Part shown: one piece after another, positions 1 through 13,287 of the stretch
Layout of the letters: every line of letters begins with the position of its first letter
Position numbering within the stretch: the first letter of the stretch is position 1
Assembly (NCBI RefSeq): GCF_018350175.1
Contig: NC_058368.1
Span: 127,102,001-127,166,000 of the forward strand
Source: Felis catus
Lineage: Eukaryota
Direction: 5' to 3'
Length of the DNA stretch: 64,000 bases
Made by a program: the position numbers and the translations under genes
Notes under the pieces: model-generated
The model's database searches: none
What the model saw: the letters and a program-made list of their open reading frames with translations, nothing else
Told to the model about the DNA's origin: nothing

Positions 1-1271
1 TCCATGGGAACCCTAGTGCTCCTATTCTCTGGGCCTTTGTTCAAGGATAACACAATAATAACAGTAGATAATAGTAATAGAAAACATGCGATTCTTAGCA
101 TTTCAAATCCATCATCTCATTTGATTCTTATTTCTATGTTCAATAAAGAAAGGTGCTCAGAGAAGTTAAGTAACTTGCCTGACATTCATGTTTTCATCCA
201 TTATACTTTAGTGCTTCTTTAGGATATTTTCTTTAGTTCCCTTACAAAAAAAACCTGATACTATTAATCAAAACTAGGTCTCCAGATGCTATTTAGCTTC
301 CCAAAATATCATATCTTAGCAGAAACTACACAGCCTTTGGAATCAAATCTGGATTTAAACAAGCTCTGTTCCTTGCCAGATCTAGGACCTTAAGCTAAGG
401 CTACTTAGGCTCTTTGAAAAGGATTATAAAACACTCACATTTAGAAAACCAAAATGGGCTAATGAGCGTAAAAGTGCCCAAGACAGTGTTTCAAACTGGT
501 ACAGGTTGAGTAAATGTTAATTCCCTTTTTTACTCTTTCCTTTACATATATTGGAATTTCCCATCTATTTCTTTGCTATTTCAATAAGATGGTCCTAATT
601 TGGGTCACTGCATGCATCTTGAGGCCAGTGAAACACTAAAGAAACTATCATTTGCAACCCTTCCAACTACTGAAATTAATGGCCAACACACAATCTCCTC
701 AGCTCACACAGTTCACCTCTATTTTAAATGGAGGTGGTAGTACATTTATAGTTTCTATCATAAACAATTCTGTAATTACTTTGACTATAAGACTTTTATG
801 TGGCTGTGCCTTTGTGAGAGCAGAACTAGGATGTGATTTTGATCCTGGCTCAAAAAAAAAAAAAAAAAAGAAAAAAAAAGAGGAATCTCACTACTGTAAG
901 CTAGTTAAAAACTCTTTGTTATTGAAAAGCATATTTCAATCCATGCTTAGGGTAACTGGCAGTTTTAGCAAGATAAGGTAAAGCTAAAAGGAATGTTCCA
1001 AATTTATGATTTCTCTCTGAGCTCACCTCTTATTTTCTTGCATCTTTTCTAGTTTTCTGGATAAAGTTTATTTTGAAAGCTAGTATCAACATGGTGTCGT
1101 GGCCCAAGAAGAGATGTGGTGAAATGGCAGTGGTAGTGAATGGCCCTGAAACACTGAGCCACAGCCACAAACCTACAGATCTTCCTGGTGAACTAATCAA
1201 GTAGCTAAACTGATAATACAAGTGTAGACTCCCCAAAGGTATGGAACAGGCTGTGTCTGCTCAGATCATTC

Positions 1272-1494
1272 TTTTTTTTTTTTTTACATTTATTTATTTT
1301 TGAGAGACAGAGAGAGATGGAGCACAAGTGAGCAAGGAGACACAGAAGGAGAGAAGGAGACACAGAATCCGAAGCAGGCTCCAGGCTCTGAGCTGTCAGC
1401 GCAGAGCCCGATGCAGGGCTCAGACTCACAAACCCTGAGATCATGACCTGAGCTGAAGTCTGACGGTTAACCAGCTGAGCCACCCAGGAACCCC
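1272..1494 (-). mobile_element. Can-SINE (SINEC)
   Basis: tRNA-like head, (CT)n body and A tail; TSD tctgctcag(a/g)tcattc. Confidence 0.95.
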
Positions 1495-1631
1495 TCTGCT
1501 CAGGTCATTCTAATAAAAGTCCACACACAGCCACTCTGTGCAGAGAGTTTCAAATTTTGGAGATCAGAGATCCCTTTAAGAATCAGATGACTTTAAAATT
1601 TTCACAAATGTAGTCTTCAGGAAAAAAAAAA

Positions 1632-1632
<1 letters not shown>

Positions 1633-1671
<39 letters not shown>
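1633..1671. repeat. (CA)n microsatellite
   Basis: Visible CA run. Confidence 0.97.
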
Positions 1672-1675
<4 letters not shown>

Positions 1676-1700
1676 TTTGGATGTAATTACAGAAAGTTCA

Positions 1701-1954
1701 GTATGGCCTAGTGATTAAGCCAAAGGAATTTAGACTCAGATAGCCTTGATTAAAACCCTCATTCTACGGCTATGTAGTTAAAGACCTTCTGCAAATTATT
1801 TAACCTTGTTAATTTTTATTTTCCTCATCTTCAAAAAGGAAATAAATACAGTGCCTATCTGATGGGGCCATTATGAGGTTTAAATGAGATAAAGCATGCA
1901 AACTGCTTAGCACAATGTGGGGGACTAAGTGCTTAGTAAATTTTTATTATTATT
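1701..1954 (+). mobile_element. MIR SINE, near full length
   Basis: Core ttcctcatcttcaaaaagg...tgaggtttaaatgagataa...tgcttagcaca...tattatt. Confidence 0.8.
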
Positions 1955-2937
1955 TTAAGGGAGTTACAGATCCTTAAAGCCTATTTATGGACTCCATGTT
2001 AGGAATTTCTGCTATGAAATGGGGACAAAGTTCAAACCAATTAAGGACGACCAGCTACCATAAAAGCAACAAGATCCTACTAAATAAAACAACTATCAAT
2101 AAAAGGGCATTAAACGACCGCTACCCTGCCTGGAGCTGAGCAAGTGGCACAACGGGTCCCGCCATACCCCCTGCTCTTCTGAAGAAGCACCAGCCTGTAC
2201 CAGCCTGGCAGTAATGGCTTCTCTCTGCACTTGAGCAAAACAGCCTGCTGACTGCCTGAACCTCATAAGGCTATTGTTATGTTCCTAACATATTCTTTAC
2301 AAGGTCCTCAGTATAAGAAAGGATAGTTAGAAGGTTTGAATGAGAGAATATTTAAGTGATCAGCTTAATGAGTGACACACAACCTCTCAATAAATGTTGT
2401 CTCTTGCCATGGATCAGGAAGGAGGGTAACTAACTTAGCTTGACAAAGTCACAGCTTCAGGAGAAATTCTACTGACACTCGGGAATGGCTAAGTTATGTA
2501 GTTTAAGTAAATAGGACTTGAAATAAGTAGGCCTTTGAGAGGGCTTTTCTTTGGGAATTGTATAACGATTTTGCTGGTATATTTGTATTTTCTCTTAAGA
2601 CATTTGCCTTTTGCTCTAAGGTATCTTATTTTAGTCAAAGTAGAGTCTTGAGCCAAATTAGTACATCTTGAAATGTTTGGAATATCTGGCAGCCAGCAAT
2701 TTCATCACATTAGTCTTTAGTAGGAAGTAGCCAGCAATCAAATAGTGCCTGAAGGTTCTGTATCATATTTTTTTGTTCTGAAATGTTATCACAGAAAATG
2801 GATGAATTAGATTACTTTAATATATTCATTTCTAAAAGCCCAGAACCTAATAAATTTCTGACACCATCTATAAAAACTTAATAACTATTTACAAAATTAA
2901 TTTGCTGTATAGGGACCTCACTATCCACTTAAAGAAA

Positions 2938-3090
2938 AATTAGCATTTACAGAGTATTTACTATGTGTTTAAGATTGTGCTAAATCCTTCTGCACGGCTT
3001 ATTTTCTTAATGCTCACAACAATCCCAGGCAGAGAAAACTAGTATTTCCCTACTCTCTTTGTAGATAAGGAAATTGAGGCAGAGAGAAGA
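2938..3090 (-). mobile_element. MIR fragment
   Basis: ctcacaacaatcc...gtagataaggaaattgaggcagagag. Confidence 0.75.
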
Positions 3091-3156
3091 CAAAGAGTTA
3101 TAGATGGATATAGAACTTGTGTCAAAGCACCAAGGTCAGAATTCTTCATCATCATA

Positions 3157-3343
3157 CAATATTTCTAACAGTGTGACCGTGGACCATCTGCCTCAGAAAT
3201 TAACTGGGGTGCTCGTGAAAATGAATAGTTCTTGACCCTATCCAGAGCTACTTAATCAGTCTTAAGGATGAAGTCCAGGACTCTGCATTTAAAAAATGCA
3301 CACATAGCATTTTTTTCTGTGCACCATAGTTTGAGTACCAGCG
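3157..3343. mobile_element. MER5A-like hAT DNA transposon relic
   Basis: cctcagaattaactggggtgctcgtgaaaatg...ctctgcatttaaa...agtttgagtacca resembles MER5A. Confidence 0.7.
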
Positions 3344-3433
3344 TCTGGAAAGCATGGATTTCACTGCATACTATTGCTACATGAACCAGACTGAATACAA
3401 TGATTCTTGTTTTTATTGTAGAGGACCTACTGG

Positions 3434-3490
3434 TTTTTTTTTTAATTTTTTAATGTTTATTTATTTTTGAGAGAGAGGGAGGGAGGGAGG

Positions 3491-3541
<51 letters not shown>

Positions 3542-3701
3542 TGGGGGAGGGGCAGAGAGAGAAGGAGACACAGATTCCAAAGCAGGCTCTAGGCTCTGAG
3601 CTGTCAGCACAGAGCCCGATGCAGGGCTCGAACTCACAAACTGCGAGATCAGATCTGAGCCGAAGTTGGATGCCCAACCGTCTGAGCCACCCAGGTGTTC
3701 C
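3434..3701 (-). mobile_element. Can-SINE with expanded (GA)n/(GGGA)n tract
   Basis: TSD tagaggacctact at 3419-3431 and 3704-3716. Confidence 0.95.
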
Positions 3702-3945
3702 AATAGAGGACCTACTTTTAAGAGTCAAAATCTATTACCACATTTAAAATGAACACTGAAATATTCTCCACCAAAAACTGTCTCAGTGACTGAACTCATT
3801 TCACCAGAGAACCTAAACTCTTTCTCTATTGAATTGATAATATAAATATAACTCTTTCTGGCCAGGTTTTAAAGATAGACTTTTGGGCTACTGTCTCTTT
3901 TTTATGAACGTTAGACCTTAATTTCCCATCTGTAAAAGAAGAGTG

Positions 3946-4156
3946 GTGGTGCCTGGGTGGCTCACTCAGTTGAACATCTGATTTGGGTAGGGTCATGATG
4001 TCACAGTTTATGAGTTTGAGCCCCACTTTGGGTTCTGTGCTGCCAACACAGTCTGCTTCGGATCAGATCTTCTGTACTCCTCTCTCTCTGCCCCTCTCCT
4101 TCTTGCTCTCGCTCTCTCTCTTTCTCTCTCTCAAAAATGAATGAACATAAAAAAAG
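3946..4156 (+). mobile_element. Can-SINE
   Basis: ggtgcctgggtggctc head, CT tract and A tail. Confidence 0.92.
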
Positions 4157-4471
4157 AATGTCTGACTGAATGAAGTATAAAAAAATTAAGATTTTATTAA
4201 ATACCAATGACAATTTTTTGTTTTTTTTAAAGATAATTCACTATAATATTTGTTTTTAAAGACCAATTTGTTAATAAATTGGTTAAATAAAATAAATTGT
4301 TAAAGACCAATCTGTTTTAATAAATATTTGGTAAAATAGTGTATATTGAGAGATTTATAAACATCTAAACTCTTTAACCCAATAATGGCATTTCCAAGAA
4401 TTTTGCCTAAGTAATTAGTCACAGATAAAGATTAAGATTTCTATTACGAATATGTTCAACGAACCATTATT

Positions 4472-4695
4472 CTTTAAAAAAAAATTTTTTTTAATGTTTA
4501 TTTATTTTTGAAAGAGAGAGAGACAGAGCATGAGCAGGGGAGAGGCAGAGAGAGGAGACACAGAATGTGAAGCAGGCTCTAGGCTCTGAGCTGTTAGCAT
4601 AGATTTCAATGCAGGGCTGGGACCCACAAACTGCAAGATCATGACCTGAGCCGAAGCTGGACACTTAACTGACTAAGCCATCCATCCAGGTGCCC
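4472..4695 (-). mobile_element. Can-SINE inserted in an old L1 3' fragment (about 4375-4930)
   Basis: TSD gaaccattatt at 4461-4471 and 4697-4707. Confidence 0.93.
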
Positions 4696-4994
4696 TGAAC
4701 CATTATTGTTAATGGAAAAAAAAGGGGAAAACATAAATGCCCAACGATTGAAAGAAATGTAAAATAAATCATTTTATTTTACATAAAATGAAATCTATAC
4801 CACTATCAGAATATCAATTTTTCCTAGAACACTGAGTGATATGGGAAAATGCTTATTAAAAAGGTTAAGTAAAAAATGCAGAAAAATATATATAAAAATA
4901 TATACAGTCACCTGACACATAACAGGATATATCTGGTAGTCATCATGTTTCAAATGTTCAATTTCTGGGACTCAATTTTGTTTCTTCTTTATTT

Positions 4995-4997
<3 letters not shown>

Positions 4998-5038
<41 letters not shown>
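4998..5038. repeat. (TG)n microsatellite
   Basis: Visible TG run. Confidence 0.97.
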
Positions 5039-5041
<3 letters not shown>

Positions 5042-5063
5042 CTTTAAAAAGTGATACAGTGAA

Positions 5064-5291
5064 TGGGTCGCCTGGGTGGTTCAGTCAGTTGAGCGTCCTT
5101 CAATTTCAGGTCATGATCTCACACTCATGGGTTCGAGCCCCATGTCGGGCTCTGTGCTGACAGCTCAGAGCCTGAAGACTGCTTCAGATTCTGTGTCTCC
5201 CTCTCTCTGCCCCTCCCCTACTTGTACTCTCTCTCTCTCTCTCTCTCTCCCTCTCTCAAAATAAACAAACATAATGATAAAAAAAATTAGA
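5064..5291 (+). mobile_element. Can-SINE
   Basis: Typical head, body and tail; TSD aaaaagtgat(a/g)cag. Confidence 0.95.
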
Positions 5292-6109
5292 AAAAAGTGA
5301 TGCAGGAAATAAACCAACATATTTTACTAATGGCTACCCCTGGATGCTGTAGTTACAGATTATTCATGTTTTATAACATGTATTTTCTGTTCCCAATTTT
5401 CTACAATGAACATGCGTTTATTTTCTCTTTAAATATGTCTTATTATAAAATAATTCAGTGAGCAACTACTTTTGGAAATACATTTATGATGCAATGAAGC
5501 ATGTCTGCTTTGCCCTCCTTGCTAACAAAAAGGTCTCTGAAGCAGTCCTCACCAAGGTTCACGCAGACTGTAAATTTGGCGATAATTGTGCTGTCAGGGG
5601 AGCTCCAAACTCAAACGCCGCAATTATGAGCTTGGGCACACAAGAACATATTGGAAGTGGCAGGCAATGTCAGATTCCACTAAAATAATGGTCAAGGGAT
5701 TCTGTGCTTTTGCCCAAAAAGGAAAGTAACGGGGCTGTAACTAGATATTGTAAATAAGTGGTCAAAGGATCCCTAAATAAGCAACATCACAGAAGTCTCC
5801 TTGCAGCATATTTTTCCTTCTGGGATCCATGTCAGGCTCACAGACACGAAGGCAGCCAGAAAACTGTTATCTGTTTACCTCTAATTTATTTTTATAACCG
5901 TACATGCCAGCAATGGGAGAAAATGTTTCTTTAAGAGAAAAATAAAATTGGCAACAAACCTTCTGATTTCTTGAAAAAAAAATTAACAAACCAAAACTTC
6001 TGCTTATCGTGTAGTTGTCAAACTTAGCCTCATCAAAACTTTATTTTCAATCGAGTATGCATGTATGTATGTATGTATGTACATATGTATGTATATACGT
6101 GTGTGTGTG

Positions 6110-6315
6110 TTGCAATCTTGAGACTTGGCCTCAAATCCTGTCTCTGCTAGTAGCTTTGTGCCTTTGTGGAAGATTCTGTAGCTTCTCTACATTTTGGTTT
6201 TGTCATCTGTAAATGGAGACAGTCTTATGCCACGCAAGGTTCTGCAGGCTGGGTGAGCGAGTAAGAATAAAGTACAGAGCACAAAGCCAGGCACGTTGTC
6301 AAAACTGAATAAAAA
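6110..6315 (+). mobile_element. MIR fragment
   Basis: tcaaatcctgtctctgctag...tcatctgtaaatggaga...gagcacaaagccaggcac. Confidence 0.6.
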
Positions 6316-7576
6316 TCAACTTCATCCCATTCCCTTCCTAGTTTCTGCTTAAACAACAAGAAACCTTTGAAAATCCTTTATTGTCCCTGGTGAGCTCTGT
6401 TCAGGTGACGATGCTCACTGGTCAAAGAAAAAACAATCCATTTCTCTTCTACAAAGTCAGCTTTGTTTAAACACCACAATGGCATCTATTCAGAAAGGTA
6501 CGCGTCTTTTTTCTTTTTAAATATTGAGGCAAAGCTCTCAGAGGTTTCTTTAAAACCAGTGGCAATAAACATGTTTCAACCTCTGTTTTGCTTCACTGTA
6601 CGCTCTGTGTGTGGTTAGGTTATGAAATAAAAATGAGCTTGACGTTACAGATAATATGTTTTAAAAATCTATACAAAATGATGTTGATAACTCTGTACTT
6701 ATTATCCTAATATAAACACATAAATTTTCAAAGAGAAATACACTATTATCTATTAGGCCTTCCATCTGTTATTAAATAATAGTGGTTAATGTCACAGCTC
6801 TAGTCCAAACAAACTCTGATCTTAATAAATCTGATATAAAAACATATCGCCAGATGGGGACTATATTAACCTTATGTGTTATTTTCTACCATGATGACTA
6901 ATGGTTATGTCATTTTTATATGGATGCTCTTATTGAAAGAAGAGTAACCATTTATGAAGGAATTCTACCTCCTTGAAAGGAGGATGGATCTATATACACG
7001 TCAATATACTAATAAAAAGTAAACACACAATGAAGTTAATCAACAATCTGGAATTGAAGTCATTTTTATAGTTCCAGATACTGATCTTTATCCAGATAAA
7101 GTGAGACTATTTTATTTCTTTTTTAGAACTTTAAAAATTAAATACTTCTATCACTCAAATACACACTCAATCACAGTGTGTGTGTATATGTGCGTGCACA
7201 TAGGCTGCACATATGTTATGAGAATCCAATTTAATTCTGTTAAAATGATTTCAGTTATGGGTCATAATGCCTGTATGACACATTTTTTGGTAAAACCACC
7301 TAGACCCATGCACTATTGTAATATGGCTTTTTAAATTATTTCATGTGCTTGACCTCATTTGATCATAATAGGAACCACAATGTAATTGACATAAAAGCCT
7401 CTGCCATGAAACTAAGTCAGTTAGTGACTACAAAAGCAGTTGATTTATAGGACTGTCCTACCCACAACCATGCTAACTGAGCAAGTTAATGACATGCATC
7501 ATACATGCTCATTAAATTAGTGAATGCTTTTACATTAAAAGGCACACTATAAACAATCCTTTTAAAGCACAGTTTA

Positions 7577-7786
7577 GGGGCTCCTGGATGGCTCAGTTGG
7601 TTAAGTGTCCAACTTCGTCTCAGGTCATGATCTCACAGTTTGTGAGTTCGAGCCCTGCGTTGGGCACTATGCTGCCAGCTCAGTCTGGAGCCTGCTTCTG
7701 ATTCTGTCTCCCTCTCTCTCTGCCCCTCCCCCACTTGGGCTCTGTCAGTCTCTCTCAAAAACAAAATAACAATAAAAAACTTTTTT
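7577..7786 (+). mobile_element. Can-SINE
   Basis: TSD agcacagttta. Confidence 0.95.
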
Positions 7787-9325
7787 ATAGCACAGTTTAA
7801 ATATTTGCTCAGATATACAGTATAAATAAACAGACTGTCTCTCTTTTACATAGAAAGCATATCATATGAGTTTATACTTTGTCATTTACATCCATTTTAA
7901 GGGTTCTAGTATATTAGCACATAGCACTTGTTCAAAGTATTTATTTAGCTAACATCTAGAAAAAAGCAACGAACTAGTGTTCATTTATCCACAATTTTAT
8001 TTAAAATTTAAAATTTAAAAATTTAACCTCTTTGAGGTTATGCAAAGCAAAATAAAATGCCAAATCATGAAAACTGTGGGTTTCATACTTTGTCACAGAG
8101 TTATCTTAAAGATCTGTTCTCATGACCTATTGTACACATATGTATATACTACACATGTATATTGTAGTGACTCTAGTTCGGATCACTGGCTACTTCAACA
8201 GAGAATTAGAAAACTTGAGAATGAAGGCTGAAGTTTTCATCTACTTCCGACTAACAATCTATAATTAAGCTCATGTATTTCAGAAGTGAAACTCTGAAAT
8301 AGAAAATGTGACTCAGTATGTTGAAGATGAATTCACACTTGATTTTTCCTACAACATCTTATTGTATATTCAGAGTCTACACCTAATTGATACAAGGTCA
8401 AAATGAGGGGAACAAAAATGAAGTCCCTCAACCAATGTTTAAATAAGCACTTTAGAGTGTATGCTTTTTGTGACAGTTATCTTAAAATCAGACAAATACT
8501 GGGCATGATTTTTGTGAAAATGGAGTAAAGTGCTGTTTTTCAGGAGGTGGGCTAGTATTTTCAATGTTTGTGGGCACCACTTAAGGTAGAAGAAGCCTAC
8601 GTTCACTGAGCAAAACAAAAATCAGAGGCCCTGCCCATATATTCTCAAGGCTAAAGGCAATTTCAGCTTCCCAGAGCTTCAACAATGGGCTCTTCAGAAA
8701 GGGTGGGGTCAGGATGGCTAGACTGGATCAAATGCAATGGCTTTTTACATTGATAAAATTTGCTGTACAATTTCTATTGATGAACTCCTTCTTATAGAAA
8801 TGGAGGATTCCCTCTATTATACATTAAAATGTGCCTGAGAAATGGAAATTTGATAAACAGGTGGCCTGGACCACAGTCTCTGCAACCCACTCTTCTCTCC
8901 AGTGTTGTCGTTTGACCCTTAACCTGATGCCCTTGCTCCTCTAGAAATAATTTGGATTTTAAGCAGGAGCAAATTTAGGTGCCCTCCTGCAACACTTTTG
9001 GAGGATGGCATCATACCACCCTTGCCTCAGTCACCTTGAATACATATCCCATCTCTGATCATTGGCTTCTGCCTTGATTCCTTGTCCTGTCTTTGTTTTC
9101 TAAGACTCCGGTTCACATGACTTCTGGATGTGGGCTTGAGTTGCTGTTTCTGTTCCATCTCTGAATCACAAGCTGATATGTGTAGGCCTTCCTGAGGTCA
9201 CATGATCTAGATGAGTGATCTCAAATCTTCTGAGATAGTATATTTCTAAATGCAAGATCTCCATCATGTATTTTTAATAAGTTATGTTATATTCTTGTGT
9301 TACTATACCAAAATATTCTACCTTA

Positions 9326-9520
9326 TTTTTTTTAATGTTTATTCATTTTTGAGAGAGACAGCATGAGCATGGGAGGGGCAGAGAGAGAGGGGGACAGAGG
9401 ATCCAAAGTGGGCTCACTCTGACAGCAGTAAGCCCAATGCAGGGCTCGAACTCATGAACCGTGAGTTTATGACCTGAGGTGAAGTCGAACGCTCAACCAA
9501 CTGAGCCACCCAGGCACCCC
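9326..9520 (-). mobile_element. Can-SINE
   Basis: TSD ccaaaatattc(t/c)ac. Confidence 0.95.
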
Positions 9521-10134
9521 TTCCAAAATATTCCACTTTACAAAATACACTACAAAGATAAATTTTGAAAGGAGGAGAAAAATATAATTTTTTATTTCCA
9601 CATTCTAATAAGTTGTTTTGTCTACACCCTGGGCATATATTTCTAAGAAACACCTACTCTGAGCCACTTGTTAGAACATTGTCATGTTTTGTCCCTAACT
9701 ATCAGTTGGTACCTTACATTTCCATAATCTGGTCAGATGGAACTCCCTCTAGTGCCAATTAGGGAAATGGCTTCCATCTACCACCCCCACCCGCATATCA
9801 CCAGGTCCCATCAATCTCTGCTTTATCTCAGTGGAAAAGCTCATCCAGGTTCCAACCACTCTCATTTCGGCTTACTCTAATATAATTAACTAATCAAGTC
9901 TCTGGGACAAGAAAAGATAAAGGTTTCTACAGGGGTTAGCAAATGGGCACAAGCAATAAAAAGTTTTCAAAGGCAAATATAAAAATAGACAATTGCAATA
10001 GTTTTAATAAAGTATGTTTCAATCAAGAGGCTGGACAGGGTTCTTTTTTCTTACTAGTTTCTATTATGATGCTAATTGTAAAATGTAATTTTACACCTAA
10101 CAAGTGTATAAGGCAATAAATAAAGTACATGATA

Positions 10135-10257
10135 TTTATTTATCTATTTATTTATAAAGATTTATTTATTTATGTTATCTCTACACTCAACATGGGGCTC
10201 AAATTCATCATAGGTCAAGAGTCACACACTCCACTGACTGTGGCAGCCAGGCACCCC
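10135..10257 (-). mobile_element. Short Can-SINE lacking the CT tract
   Basis: Head plus (TTTA)n tail only; degenerate TSD aaagta...gatattta. Confidence 0.85.
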
Positions 10258-10367
10258 AAAGTAGGGGATATTTAACAAATGGTCCTGGAACATATGGTTA
10301 ACTACTTGGGAATAAAATAAATTTATATTAAAATAAATTCCAAAGAGATTAAATAATTAGGCAAATT

Positions 10368-10487
10368 GGGGTGCCTGAGTAGCTCAGTCAGTTAAGCATC
10401 TGACTCTTGATCTCAGCTCAGGTTTTGGTATCAGGGTCCTGAGTTCAAGCCCCTCATTGGGTTCCACAGTGGGCATCAAGCCTACTT

Positions 10488-10518
<31 letters not shown>

Positions 10519-10519
10519 C
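10368..10519 (+). mobile_element. Short Can-SINE with (AAAAC)n tail
   Basis: ggggtgcctgagtagctcagtcagttaag...gcctacttaaaa. Confidence 0.9.
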
Positions 10520-10695
10520 AGTTAGGTAAAAATTTAGTCAACAAATAGAGAAAATATAGCTAAATACTTGCTTGCTCTCAGTATAGAAAAAAAAAACCCT
10601 CATATTCTTAAAGCAAAGAAAGGAGTTACAAAAGAAAAAAAAATCAATAGATTTGTCTATATAAGGCACATGAATTGCTTTTACAATAAAAACTG

Positions 10696-10873
10696 TTTTT
10701 TTTTTCTTTTCTTTCTTTTTTTTTTTTTTTTAGAAAGAGAAAGTACACAGTGGGTAGGGTCTTAAACAGGTTCCACTCTCCCCAACATGAGACTTGATCC
10801 TCTGGCCTTGGAATCATGACTTGAGCTGAAATCAAGTTGGATGCTGAATTGACTGAATCACCCAGGTGCCCCC
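10696..10873 (-). mobile_element. Can-SINE (diverged)
   Basis: atcatgacttgagctgaaatcaag...cacccaggtgcccc. Confidence 0.85.
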
Positions 10874-10981
10874 AGTGAAAGCTATTTTAATAAAAGAAAA
10901 CATGTAGGGGTTAGGGTGGCTTGATTGTAAATATTTTGCAGATTGTCTGGCAATGAGGTCAAAATTAGTACTGTTTTTCTA

Positions 10982-11169
10982 TTTTTTTAAATTTTTATTT
11001 ATTTTTGAGCTACTGCAAGTGGGGGAGGGGTAGAGAGGGAGACAGAGGATCTGAAACTGGCTCTGCACTGACAGCAGCGAGCTCAGTCTGGGGCTTGAAC
11101 TAAAAAACCATGAGATCATGACCTGAGCTGCAGTCGGATGCTCAACCAGCTGAAATACCCAGGCACCCC
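10982..11169 (-). mobile_element. Can-SINE
   Basis: gagatcatgacctgagctg...cccaggcacccc. Confidence 0.9.
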
Positions 11170-11329
11170 TTTTCCTATTTGGTTAAAATATAAAGGACTC
11201 CTCAACAACAGAATGGAGTTAGAATTTGTGAAATATTATTTCATATTTGACTTGGGGGCAAGACTTTACTGTGCTGTAGTTTATTTAAAACATTGTATTA
11301 AGGCAGTTTCCCAAGGCAAGTTGTCTGAG

Positions 11330-11550
11330 ACACAGTAGAGCAGAACGTGAAGGTCATAGGCTCTGGTGTCCAGCAGTGTGGGTTGGAGTTGGCACTCTAC
11401 CTTGTAGTGCCATGACAGTGCATAGGTGATTTCACCTCTGCAAGCCTCAGCCCAGTTGACCAGACGTCACTGTTTTCCCTGCACAGATGCCTCATCAACC
11501 GCATTTTCTTATAACTAAATAATGAGTTAATGCAACAATTCACATTATCA
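11330..11550 (+). mobile_element. MIR (diverged)
   Basis: ggctctggtgtccagcagtgtgggttggag...cacctctgcaagcctcag...aataatgagttaatgc. Confidence 0.5.
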
Positions 11551-11990
11551 AGATTGTAAGTGGAAAAGTGATAATATGGAATGGAGAGAATGGGATCCAG
11601 AAATAAACAAATGCCCAGCAATACTCTTGCCATTGTCTTCTTCACTGGATACCTGTGCTCTCCCAGCATAACAATATGCATAACACAATCAGGGTTCTTA
11701 GCAATTGTAACTAGATCAGGATCAACGGTTCAGTCACATTCTCTAGTCATATTATACACAAGAATATCAAAGAATTTTCTTTTTTCTTTTGGGATGAGGA
11801 AAAAGAGTAGTCAACTGTGAGGTTTTTACAACACAAAATTCTTTGTTAACTCTATTGACATTGGGCAAAAGAATTACTGGTTGCCTCATAGCAGTAAAAT
11901 ATCTATATCTGAAAAAATGCTGTGATTACTCAGTGTACTCTTCTCTAGAAATAAATAATATTTATTTAAGGGAAAATGTATCATGGTTTA

Positions 11991-12188
11991 TTTTTTTTTC
12001 AACGTTTATTATTTATTTTTGGGACAGAGAGAGACAGAGCATGAACGGGGGAGGGGCAGAGAGAGGGAGACACAGAATTGGAAACAGGCTCCAGCCCAGA
12101 GCCTGACTCGGGGCTCAAACTCACAGACCGTGAGATCGTGACCTGGCTGAAGTCGGACGCTTAACCAACTGCGCCACCCAGGCGCCCC
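11991..12188 (-). mobile_element. Young felid SINEC_Fc-type SINE with a 15-nt internal deletion
   Basis: Perfect 14-bp TSD tgtatcatggttta; retained CpGs; diagnostic cagccaggtcacgatctc and cccaaaaataaataataaacgttg. Confidence 0.97.
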
Positions 12189-12524
12189 TGTATCATGGTT
12201 TAAAAGGAACAAATTTTATGTAAAATATCTCCATATTTAAATAAAATGAAATATAGTAAGAACTTCTCTTTGCTTACAATCATCTTATTAAAACAGGCAG
12301 GTCAATTGGATGTAATACTTGTTCTGGTAGCATCTTTCTTAATTCCATCACTCAACCCCTTCCAACTCCAAACCCCCCTCCAACCCCATAGCTATGTATA
12401 GCCATAATTCCTCATTCTCACACCAGGATGTAAACAATAATTACAGAAAAATGTATGTGTTTCTTCACCTAGGGTTTTGTTCCTCTGAAAAAGACTTTTT
12501 AGCTTGAAGGAATGTCTGTTTTTA

Positions 12525-12606
12525 TTTTTTAAATTATTTTTAAAAATTTTTAAAAATGTTTTTAATGTTTATTTTTGAGAGAGGCAGAGCACAATCAGGG
12601 GAGGGG

Positions 12607-12638
<32 letters not shown>

Positions 12639-12769
12639 CAGAATCCTAAGCAGGCTCCAGACTCTGAGCTGTCACCACAGAGCCCCATGAGGTGCTCGAA
12701 CCCACGAACAGCGAGATCATGACCTGAGCCGAAGTTGGCACTTACCCAACTGAGCCACCCAGGCACCCC
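12525..12769 (-). mobile_element. Can-SINE
   Basis: TSD aggaatgtctgtttt. Confidence 0.95.
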
Positions 12770-13287
12770 AGGAATGTCTGTTTTATAAATTTCTGATAAA
12801 ACCAAATTATTTTACATCCTCCCTTACGATTGAATTTTTATTCAATATTTTCTCTATATCTTGATGTACTTTTAAGCTAATTCATATTGATTGCTGACAT
12901 TACCGTTTTCATTTTATAGAAATAAGTGAGTCAAAGTCATGTAATTTTCAAAATCAGGTTTGGTTAATGAATGTAAAAAAACAAAAAAACAAAAACAACA
13001 ACAAAACTTTAAGGATTTTGACCATTAAGGAATGCTATATTATTCTTTATCCACCTGGAAATCATGCCCTCCAATGCACCATAGAAGGAACCATGACTCA
13101 CTGAGGAGTGGTGTCATAGCAGTACTGAATGAATACGAGCTTCATGAATAAATGAGTGACTGCAAAGATGAACAAAATCAGCAAGCAAATTAATGTGAGC
13201 ACTTTTGTGTCACATAACAAGGCAAGATAACTTAACCAAAGGCAGAATTCAGAATTGATTCCCATGTTTAAGATATATCAGTATAAA

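Larger units (their letters stand above)
1541..2011. mobile_element. Degenerate hAT/Charlie-type MITE, interrupted by (CA)n and a MIR
   Basis: Ends cagagagtttcaa... and ...ttaggaatttctg; internal gatccctttaagaatc and aagcctatttatggactcc resemble Charlie-derived MERs (by eye). Confidence 0.4.

Noticed and set aside
2110..2265. GC-richer unique patch that looked exon-like
   Set aside because: No convincing splice sites or recognisable peptide on either strand.
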